Assembly: GCA_963924565.1 (NCBI GenBank)
Contig: OZ004614.1
Span: 22,630,001 to 22,694,000 of the forward strand
DNA length: 64,000 nucleotides
Direction of reading: 5' to 3'
Source: Ascidiella aspersa
Taxonomy: Eukaryota
Positions 12,955 to 24,200 of this stretch are shown in pieces; position 1 is the first letter of the stretch, and the number at the start of each line of letters is the position of its first letter. The notes under the pieces are model-generated. The model worked only from the letters and a program-made list of their open reading frames with translations. It had not been told where the DNA came from and made no database searches. Position numbers and translations under genes: made by a program.

Positions 12955-13450
12955 CTTACAGTGAGAAAAACCCAAATCCCGATTTAGTCCAGCAATAATA
13001 GCATAGAAGTTTTGAATTATGCTTTGTTCGACTGTTAGCCTTTCTAGGGTGCCGTTTCTTAGTTTTTATACAGCGCAACTTAAGGTATTTTATACTGTGT
13101 AAACCTTGGTTAAAATGTTCGCCAACAGGTTTGTCCGTATGTCCATGTGCCTTATCTCACTCTTGTGCCCACTGATGCACCTTCTGATGGTTTGTCCAGT
13201 TTTATCCAATATCGATTGTTCGGAGACATTTTACGCGTGTAATTGCGTAGACCGCATTGATGGTACCGCAGTTATAATTTCCGCCGACTTTAACGCTGCT
13301 GCTATTCTTTAATGATATGACTCCTATTGATATGTGAGCAAAGTTCACAAAGACTTTTCATGTAGAGCAGGATAGCAAATTTTTGTTTTTCTTCTTTAAA
13401 TTTGCTGGTGACGGATATGTTGCGCATGTTGTGCGTTTGCCGATAACTTA
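12955..13450 (-). mobile_element. Decayed Penelope-like retroelement fragment (GIY-YIG endonuclease C-terminus)
   Basis: The minus strand reads, across stops and frameshifts: GKRTTCATYP...GNYNCGTINAVYAITRVKCLRTIDIG*/TGQTIRRCISGHKSEI/HTDKPVGEHFNQGLHSIKYLK/RLTVEQSIIQNFYAIIAGLNRDLG. This fits the VY..YIGxT..R..H..HF..H..E..GLN pattern of PLE endonucleases. Confidence 0.8.
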
Positions 13451-13524
13451 GAAGTGGCTTCAAAGGAATATTCTGATGCGGTTATTGGAATATTGGTCAG
13501 TGTGACGTCTAGAGTTTAAGGACT

Positions 13525-13745
13525 AGTCACACGTAGGCTATATAGTAAACGTTTAAAACCAACCACTGTGGATCTGTATACTCTTTCCATTTGATGTATT
13601 TATGTTTTAAAGATTACGTGCTGTAGATGGCGCCCTCGAGATGTAATGCACTGTTGCAGGCGATTTTTGGTTTTCAAATACTCGCCAGTCACACGTAGGC
13701 TATATAGTAAACGTGTACAACCAACCGCTGTGGATCTATATACTC
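13525..13745. repeat. ~60 bp direct repeat x2 (13525-13584, 13687-13745)
   Basis: AGTCACACGTAGGCTATATAGTAAACGT...AACCAACC.CTGTGGATCT.TATACTC occurs twice, next to the PLE fragment. Confidence 0.8.
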
Positions 13746-15263
13746 GGTGATCCATGTTGCACTGAATATGTGTTAGGAAACATCTATGAACATTGTTGTT
13801 TTGTCTGTACTAGTCAGTATTGGCTTGCCCGAGTGCAATACACTGCCTTCCCACCACAAAGATCTTTAGCGTGAAATGCTTGCCCAAAACGACGGCAGTG
13901 ACTTCATTTGGCGTAAAATATCTTCAGTCTAGGTAATTCACAAAAGAAAATGTGGCCGATTTGGCGTACAAATCGTCCTAATTTTGCGTAGGATTTTGGG
14001 CAAAACAGTTTTTGCGCGAATCTTTGGCGGTCACAAATTACGGTATGTAGTCAATTGGCTAAAGGTGAGCGATTATGCGGTTGAAGTTTTGGATCCCTCT
14101 TCGAAGCCTAAATGCCCCCTGTTATTAGCCAAATACTACTTGAGGGACATCCCACCTTATTATTTTCAGTGATGGTGATGTTTTTGTAGTTATTTCCGAT
14201 TTTGTACGCGAAGAAGCCAAACAGACGGAAGAGTTGAAACTAAAGCACCAGCGACATGTTGAGTTTTAGTTGGGCAGCCTTTTCTGGTCGCGGGCCAAAA
14301 CCAAACTCAGAAAGGTCTCTGTGTGCCATTTTCAAGTTAAACTGTGTAGTGTAGACTTTACGTATCTTATTTTAACTACCACAACGACTGTTAATCAGGG
14401 ATAAAACTAGGGTATTTTGTAATTAAAAAGGGGTCTATCTACATGTTACACCCAAGGCAAGAACATTATTATAACAAAATACTGTTACTTGGTTAAAATA
14501 GCCTTAAAATACGAGGAATGGTCTCGTGCCCAGTTTGCAAAATAGGTCGCACGCCTCATTATTTGCGTTGGTGGGCCGGATGTGGTAGATTGCCCACTCC
14601 TGCTTTATAGGAATATATAGGGTTTACACAAGACGACATATATAACCACGCAGGCCTGCTTTATCGCATTGGGTTTAGCTCGAACTTCGTTTTTCATCAG
14701 ATAGTTGTGTATCTCTGATTTCGCCAAATGTATTGAACAGCATTTACTTGGGAGAATTTGCAATTATTTCCCATTTGGATAAATGTGCTTATTATTTATT
14801 TTTCTCAATTCTTTTCGCCTTGAATTTCAAACAAACTGTTTGCTGAACAGTTTTCGAGAAAACCAACGTCATGTGTTTTCCAGGGTTTTGCGTAATTCCG
14901 AAAAAAAATATCCGAAATGTGTAGCCTCAGAAAATCCTCAAAGCACTAATGCAGTACTAACAATAATACGTTACAACCATATGTTTTTAAAATCAATTTT
15001 TTCCAAATGGGTCGATTTAAAAAAATATATTTTCGGTCAAAACATACTCGCCTTAGTCGTGGACTATTACGGTCATTGCTTTTTTTTTTATAATATTTTA
15101 AAATATTTCTTTAAATGGTCATTGTCAATAAAGAGAAAATATTGCCACAACCTGTAGGCATTTTAGTGTTTTGGTTTATCGTATACCGTAGAAACGGTTG
15201 GCGCAATTTTTTATCACAAAATAAATTTGTAGACGCCTAATAGACTGTCATGGGTTGATATAG

Positions 15264-18200
15264 ACGCTGCAATATGCAAGGGAAGGAACTTCGTGCTTTC
15301 AAGCAGCAAAGCTAACCAAACAACCTCCAAGTCAGCTTGCACTGGTGGTAACTTGACAAGTATTCCTGACGAAGCAACACAAAACCACATCAGCACTCTC
15401 GCAAGCAACAAGGTTGGCAACGGGTGGACTGGAGGTAGTGAAGTCTGTAAGTAACAAGAAGCAAAAATGTTTAAATTAACTTAAATGCAAGTGATAATTT
15501 GTAAGCATATGGAAACATAACTTTATCTTAAACGGTTTAATGTTGTTAAACTGCATATTTTTTACCAGACGCTTTCATCGGCGGGGAACGTGATGGATAC
15601 GACTTTAAGTGGCCAGATGGAACAACATTTTTAACCTCCACAGGTTTGAATAAAACTAAGTGTTACGTGCTTAAGTGAATTTTTTTAAGGAGGGAGGAAT
15701 GTTACGTGCTTAATTAGCACTACAAAATTATCACCGGTTGCTAATTACGCCGACTGTAAATTCTAACATTCATTATTAATTTTGCGCCTTTGTTCTTAAA
15801 TGTAGGGCTAGGAATTAGGTTTTCGCATTTCGAGACATGTATAATTGTATATTAACGTAATATTCTTGTGCGCTGTGGTGTTCGCCGTTAATTGGACTTT
15901 AGACATGTTTTTTCCTGTCTCCAAACATTTCTGCAAATCTCACAATCATTTATCGCTTGTTTTCCGGCGCGGTTTAACTTCTCACTAAAAGGTCCGCCCA
16001 ATGTTATCTTTCCACGAAACGGCCGCCCTGTAAGGCAGGCCTGGGGTTTCCGGGAGCGCGTCGGTTCCCGTGAAAAGGAGTTTCGTTTTAGCGTATATTA
16101 CGAGCGGCTCACCGCCTACAGCAAAGAGAGACGTCTGGGTGTAGCCTTGTGAAATTAGCGAGTAAAACTTTAAGTTTCATTATGCTCTGTCTGTCGCTTT
16201 TGTAAGTAATTGTGTGTGTCTAAGTGTCATTATTGTCTGTGGTGTGGTAATATTCTACTCTTGCAACCAATACATCTGTACATTGGGTTTTCTTGTTGTG
16301 GTCTTTAATATAAGTTCTCTTTGGTAGGTTATTTATTGCCCGAAAATTAAGGACTCACAGCGACTTTACAGGAGGCCTAGGTAATTTTCTAGAATTACTA
16401 GTAAAGTCGTAACACTAAGTATAAGGTTTGTCCGATAATTTCGGATTCGATAACCTGATGCCAAATGATAGTATCGGTACTCGTCCGATACTAAGATAGT
16501 ATCGGTGTTGATCCAATACCAAATTTATTTGTGCATAAAAGCCATGTTTTGCGATCCAACGTACAGTTCAAACGGTGATTTTTTTGTAAAATGTTACACT
16601 AAACATTAAAGATAAATAGTATCTCGAACGCGAAAACAAATTTCGGTCTAGTACCCTTAAAATCATTATCTTGCTACAATTTCACCAATTTTGTCTTTTT
16701 GACCATAAGGAATGACGTCATTTGGTATCGGAATATAATACCAAGCAACATTTTTTACTCCGTGTGCCAGTTTATGAATACTGTCAAAATATCAACAACT
16801 CGCGTGCCAAACATTTTTCTATGTTTAGTTTTGCACTGGCAACCAGGGATACAGTTTTCTGCCTTTTTAGTTTCGAAATTTTGTCGTGCGCATGCGCACG
16901 CGTCGGATTCAAGTCCCGAGACCGACTCTGCAGACCTGTGATCTGACATCTGATTTACGTTTATTTTTTGGAATATACTTCCATTTTTTTCAACCTATAC
17001 CTAGAAATGTTAGCCATAAGTTTCGTTTTTTGTTGGTTTCTCAGCCGCACAAAAATACACGTGCTTGATTTTTATGTAGAACAGTGGTTCTCAACCTTTT
17101 TAGCATACGGACCGGTAAAATTTCAAAATTTTGCAGACCGAAGGACATTGAAATATTAAAATAAACCCAAAATGTAATAACGACAAAAGTAAGACCAAAA
17201 CGAGTTGTCGCCTACTTTAAAGCAGTTGGGAAGAACACTTGCAGCATTGTGACGTAAAATAAAATCCAAAGTAGACCCTTAACTCAATGTTACGTCACAA
17301 TGCTGCAAATTACGGAACTGGCGAAGTTCGAAATTTTATGGATAAGCGGCGTCTTCTTTCATTTTGCAATTAAGATATAAACTTGTAATATATTTGACCG
17401 ACCGGCCGGAAAGTTGACGCGCACCGGCGGTTGAGAACCACTGATGTAGAATATCCTGCATTAACGCAGTGAGCGTCACACCACTTTTGGGGTATTGTGA
17501 CGTAATAAGATCGGTTAGTCGTAAACAACAAGTTTAACGCACACACAAATTGTTAAATACAACAGTTAAGACAGATATTCGTGACACGAACTGGCAATGT
17601 GTTCAATGATTTAGTTAACGCTAGTGTTAGTGATGTAATAATAATGTTAATAAAGTGGTAATGATGAGTAATGGTTGTACTTACGTAAAGTGATATAATA
17701 TGAGCGTTAAATCACTTGGCGTGCCCTAATTTTGATAAACCTTTATAATCCGATATAATTATTGTGGGGCCCGGGACAGTATTTCGGGGGCCAGGGCATA
17801 TATACTTTAAACTAAGCTAGTTAAACTCAAATTTGTAGTTTGCATTCTGGCGACATAAACCTCGGTAATGACATTCTGAGAATCGTGTTTCTAAAACGTA
17901 AGTTTACGGGGGCACACATTTTTTGGAGCCTGATAAGGGCGCCCCTTGCGTGAAAGGTTAAAAATATAATGCTTTATTGATATTTTACAACAGCGTTTCT
18001 GTGGGGTAATTATTGGTCCACATCGGGATACAACGGATGGGCTGGTTATGGGCCTTCAGGCAACGGAACATGTATGGCGTTTAGAGGAACACGGTCTGGT
18101 TCATCCGGCAATTATACTTACACTTGGAAGTGGGTGGATGCGTTGTGTTCTGCAAAATTCTACTACATCTGTGAAAAACAAGGTAACGTGAATAAAGTTG

Positions 18201-21200
18201 ATAAAATACATATTGCCGGAACTTATGTTATTTTTTTTCCTTTCGCCCGTATATGCAAACAATTTTTAACGAATTTGTAATTTGTAGATTATTTGTCCAA
18301 TTTATCCTGGAAATTTTAACCAAGGGTTTGAAAGAGTTTTATGTTCAAGTAATCGAGCTCAAATTAAAACTAAACGATATATATTTATAATGACCATACA
18401 AAATGACAATATTGGCGTTAAGAGATATCAAGAAAAAATGCAATCTGTTTTCGCTGTAGGTGGAATCCATTATCATATTATTGCAAGACTGTGTTGCAAG
18501 ACTGTGTTGATAAAGTTGTCTAGTTTACTAGAGTATAAATAAAGAAACGTTATGTATTAAGATTAGATTGTTTCAATTTTTGGCATCTTTCCATGTAGAA
18601 CAGCGTATTGCAAGAATTTAAAAAAAAAAATGAGTCATTTAGATTTAAACAGAAATTGAATTACGCCGAACTTTCATTTAGTTAGACAATGAGATAGAAC
18701 TTAAAATCATTTATAGAATACATTAAATTTCGTATAGTAGGGGTGTGCAACTGTCAGCCGGCAAAGCGACATTTTGTACTTCTCTTCAGGTTTTGGTTTT
18801 ACACATAGCCTACTCTCTACCAAGCTTGCCTTGCAAATCTACCGACAATACTAGTTCAGTTTAATATGTTTTCTCTGTATATTCCTTACCAATCCCGTGG
18901 CTTTAAAAATGGCATTCGTTTAACGCATGTGAATGACATTTTTGCAAACTATAGGACACACAAAATCCCTCACCGGAGAGTACTGAATATTGAAAACCTG
19001 GAAAATAGCCTTAATCTTAGTAAAAAATTATATAAATGCTATACTTTTCGTAAACTCAGTATGAGTCATGAAAACTGTTAGCGTACAATATGGAAACACT
19101 TGTATTCATGGAAGGTGTAACACAGGCAGGGATGTCGCATTTTATCCCGATAACGATACCCGATATTTTGGGCAAAAAAGTATCGCGACTGAGCCGATAC
19201 CTCATGACATTATATCCTTGCTCAAATAGGCAAAATAGATGAAATTAAAAATGTCTAAATGCATTTTTTCCCCGATTGGTAGGCCAAAATTTGCGTTATC
19301 GTTAAAAAGTTTGCTTATGTCCAGTTATACCGACTAAGTTTTGATATATTTACGGATTCCGCAATTTGGTGTTGGTTATTGGCCAAATCCAATAACGTTG
19401 GACATCCTTACGTTTTAGATAAATTAGAGCATAAATATGATTTTGCCAACAAAAAACAAAAAGAATAAATAAATTTTGTTTTTTATAAGACCAGGGTTCA
19501 CCATGTTTTTAAAACATCCACAAGGGATGAATAGGACAGCCAAGAAGGGATTAGGGTTGAAATTAATGATGTAATTCGGGGTGGGGTTTGGGACTGATTC
19601 TGGCCAATTAGGTCTTATTCCGATTAATTTAGGACTTCTTCCAATTTAGACGGTATTACAACTATAATTAATTAGTCCTATTTTGTTCTTATTCTGAATG
19701 TTTTATTCTAAGGTTAATGTTGTTTTTATTTAATAAAATATTAATAACGTGTAGTTTTTTGACAAAAATAAGTAAATAAATAAAAATAAAATATATTATA
19801 TTTTTTTCTTACAAACCTAGTTTCACGCAACGTAAATGTGACGTCACCGACCAGCACACCAACATTGGGAAGCAATTTGAAATTCACAGGAACCATCTCT
19901 GGCTTTTACAACGAACCTCTTAACGTGGTTGTCGCTCATGGTGGAACAAACACCAAGGTTTCAAGTAATTTCGTTGGAACGAGCTTTACTTACGTCATCA
20001 ACCCTGTCATCTCGACAGACAACGGAGATTTCGTGTTCACTGCAACAAATACTGCTGGAACTTGTTCTGGTTCCACAACAGTTCGACTTACCGTCGGTAA
20101 ATCCCGTGCTTTAAATATTTTAAATTAAGTTAGGTGCTATATAACAATGTATAAACTATATAACAAAGACAATCAATAACAATTAGTTGATAATTAAAAA
20201 AAGCGAAATAGTAACAAAGAAATATACAGGGTGTCCATAAAGTCTCTTTACAATTTAAAAAATTATTATAAAGTGAAATGATGAGATATCGCAATGAGGT
20301 TTGTTTTATGTTAATCAGTATTTCATAAAGTTTTTATTGACACATTAAATACACTTCTAAACATTTAATCAACATTTAATTAAAAACATCATTACTTTAT
20401 TTAATACACTTCTATATGGGCACCATTAGTTGCACGAAGCACATCTAAACGGTTAATTTAGAAATTTTGTCTGAAACAATAAATTTTAGTGCCAATAAAA
20501 ACTTTATGAAATACTGATTAAGATAAAACAAACCTCATAACCCTACTTCAAAAGAGCATAACAACAGGTTAGAGATAATATGGTTAACAATTAGGATTAG
20601 GTTGTTAAATTGGTTCGTCTGTGTTAAGCGTACAAATATTTTTGTTGGCATGGCAATTAAGTGCAACTTTTTAAACGGCGCCCATTGTTTCTTTTTTACT
20701 AGTTTTAATTTCGCGCACTACGTGGGTAGAAATATACACAAAGCTAATTGGTGCTACCCACACAAAAAGAACCTACAATACTTCCGTGTTATATAACCTG
20801 CTGGATACACTAATGTTTTTTTGTGATTTATAAAGTTTATATATGATTAAAACTGTCTGTCATCTTAAAGCTAACAATACAACCCACTATCTAATTTAAA
20901 CTTACCCGATGTGGCCTAACTAGAAATCATAATGCTGTCTTATTAACAGCTTTCATAAGAAAAACGTTGCTGAAACCTTTTTTAGGAATAAACGTTAGGT
21001 TTTTAAACAAAAATGGTTGCATTTACTTCTTATTTTTGCGGCTCCTCCGCCTCCAAATAATGTGAGGTTAACACCTTCACAAACACAAATCACAATTAGA
21101 TGGACAAATGCTCCTGGGTTTGTTACTTCGTACTTTGTGTATTGGAAACCAGTCGAAGGTTACTCTGGCTCATCAACTACAGTTAGTTCACCCACAGCAA

Positions 21201-24200
21201 GTTACACAATTAGTGGGTTGACTTCTATGAAAAGATACGAAGTACAAATTAAGAGTAGAAGTGGTTTAGTTCAAAGCACAACGGTTACACAAACGACTTC
21301 AACAGGTTTACAAATTGCTTAACAAATTAAATAACATATCGTAGTATATTGCATAATGTTGTCTAAACATTTTTCAATACATCGTTTGTATTTTGTAATT
21401 AGCTATTGGAAACCAACAATTATTACTGCAACCATAAAACAAAGCTAACTTTTCACTTGATATCGATTTCAGGTTCAGTTCTTGTCAGTTTTTCCAGCTT
21501 TTCACCACTAACAGTAACTCTTAAAGCGGCTGCATCTGTAACTTGCACTTGTTCGGGATATTACGAGCCACAATGCAGATGGTTCAGGTATTTGGAATTT
21601 GTCAAACTTTATTAATTGCTGCGTGTTTATCATACTGCCGATAGCCTAAAGATACGTTCTTATATAAGTGTCGGTAAAGAACTAATAACAGGAAGCCTTC
21701 TTACGGAACTGCAACTACACCATGCTCAACACCATGCAAGGTTTAACAACACACAAAAATAAGATACAAATGCAATATTTTTTTTACATATTCGGAGCAA
21801 TGTATAGTATTGATCGGAATAAGCTCTTATTGGCAAACTGGCTGTTGCAAGACACATTTTTATCTTCCAGCGCATTTCGTTTTTACTTTAACAGGAGCAA
21901 CGTCGAACAAACCACAGGTACTTCGACACAAGTTTATCAAACCTCCACCATAGCAGGTGGAAGTACGTCAGGAACATCTACACTTCACATCAACATTACA
22001 GATCCAAGTTACGCGGGTCATTACGTGTGTAAGGCCACCAACTGGGATGGAAGTGGAATAAAAACTAAAAATTTAACCATACATGGTAAGTAGTGGAAAA
22101 TTATATTCTTTTGTTTCTTCCTGCTTACACATACTTTAAAACGTCGTTTGTTTTTCTGACACAGTTAGGCCAACTATTGCAACCAGTAAGTCAGCTATAG
22201 ATTTTACTTCATACAACACTCCACAACAAGTTTACTGCGAATCGCGAGGTCACCCCAAGCCTACAGTTGATTGGACGAGGTAAGCATACGACTTACGGCC
22301 CACGGCAACTATTTGCGTTGTCCACATATCCTGAGCAGTCAATTGTAATTTGCCTACTGCCATGGAATTTTGCATCCTAGCTAACAGCTTTTGTGATAAA
22401 ATGTCCCACGCTTTGTGACTTAAAGCTAACAGCTGCGTAATATGTAATAGTGCTGAACGGATTTATTTTTATCTTGTGGTACTGGCATTAGTCGTAGTTC
22501 ATTTATACTTTGCACATTTAGTATGTGCTTTGAAGGTTGCTCGTTAAATTAATGTGGCTCTCGTCGTTTTTGGCCAACCATGTTGAATAACGTGGTGTGA
22601 GCAGTGCCATCTAAATTATCTTAACAGGAAGTTATTAAGTGAAACTTTAATTGGTTTAGATCTGGCTTTTCGGTTGCAACAAGCAGTGGTCTAAAAGTTC
22701 GTCAATTTCAAGCGAGCTCAACTGCTTTCTACGTAAAACAAACCCTCAACATCAGTCTTCAGAATGTTCTCGAATGTGGGGAGTATGTTTGCAAAGTTAC
22801 AAGCTCAGATGGAAGCGAAGAAACTAAGTCTGTATCAGTAACAGGTAAACTTAAACTAGATACACACGTTCGTCATTTGTAAAACTTTTTTGCATCGTGT
22901 TCGTTTATCCTAAATCAGAACACAAAATTTCCTTGTTTAAAAAAAATAGTTTCGCAAAACATGAAGTTAGTAGCGTTTATAACGGAATACAATAACAAGT
23001 ATCACATATCCCTAGTTCAACAGGAATAATATTAATCTAAACATTTTGCTGCTTTTGTTTCCCGAAACAACAAAAAGTATTTGGCTTATTGAATGACTAC
23101 AGCAAGTCTGGCGCAATTTCCTTTACGTATTATTTTAACTCACAGTAGCAACCCACGTTCCTTTAGTGCAGTGCTTTTCAACCTTTAAAATTTCCATCCG
23201 CACTTTTTTAATTCGAAAATTTCCATCCGCACCAAACAAGCACAGTAAGTTTGCAACGTTTGCTTTTATTTGTGAAATAACAATAAAGAATTTGTGTATT
23301 AAAACCATGAGCTAAGCATTGACCGATATAAAATAGATAGCTTAAGCTGCAATGAACCACTATACGAGACTATATTATTGTACCTTTAACGCATAAGTGG
23401 GCGAACGAGCTTATTCGATTACTGTATTACACATAATAAAATATAATAATGCATCATTTTCATCCGCACAATCATCCTTACGTTAGTCATCCTCATTACA
23501 ATTTTTTTATCCGTACAAGTGCGTGCCATCCCACGGTTGAAAAGCACTGCGTTAGTGAATAATATTAGTGAAAATAGTTTTTTAAAGCTTAGTGTTTAAA
23601 TTAAGGTTGCGCAGTCGAAGTCGGACTCGGAACTCGAGTAAGACCACTTAAAACTACCCGAGTTGCCAGTCCACGTGCGCATGCGCAGTTCCAAATTTTG
23701 AAGCTGATATGGCAGCAAACTGTAATTTGTAAAGACGTATTAGTTTATGGTGGATAACCGTGTAGAATTATATGACAATAAGTGGATTAATAATTATCCA
23801 CTGCATTTAGTTACGGCAATTGGCGGAATATAGGCTGTACAATCAGAGCCGGACTCCGGACTCGACGAAATCGCACATTTGGCCGGTGTCGGACTCTGGT
23901 TGATTTTTAACCGACTCCGTAGCCCTGGTTTAAATCGCTATAGTGACTTTTGTGGTGTTACGTGCCATCACTTCGCAACTTTATGAATGAAATTGACAAG
24001 CCAAATAAAAAGAAAAAGTTTTGCCTAATTATGAACACCAGATCATTTTACGTGGCTACTATATGCATGTTGATAAACATTATAATATATTCGCTATAGG
24101 GTGATAAATAGATTGCAAAAATTGTCACATTTGAAATTTTGACAATTTATTTCCAGTATTTCAAACTCACAAAACTTTTTTACATTGTTTCTATTAAACG

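Noticed and set aside
13106-13312. ORF resembling a signal peptide plus Cys-rich cap, considered as the first exon of copy A
   Set aside because: It is the antisense of a decayed Penelope-like GIY-YIG coding sequence and has no similarity to the B/C leader exon.
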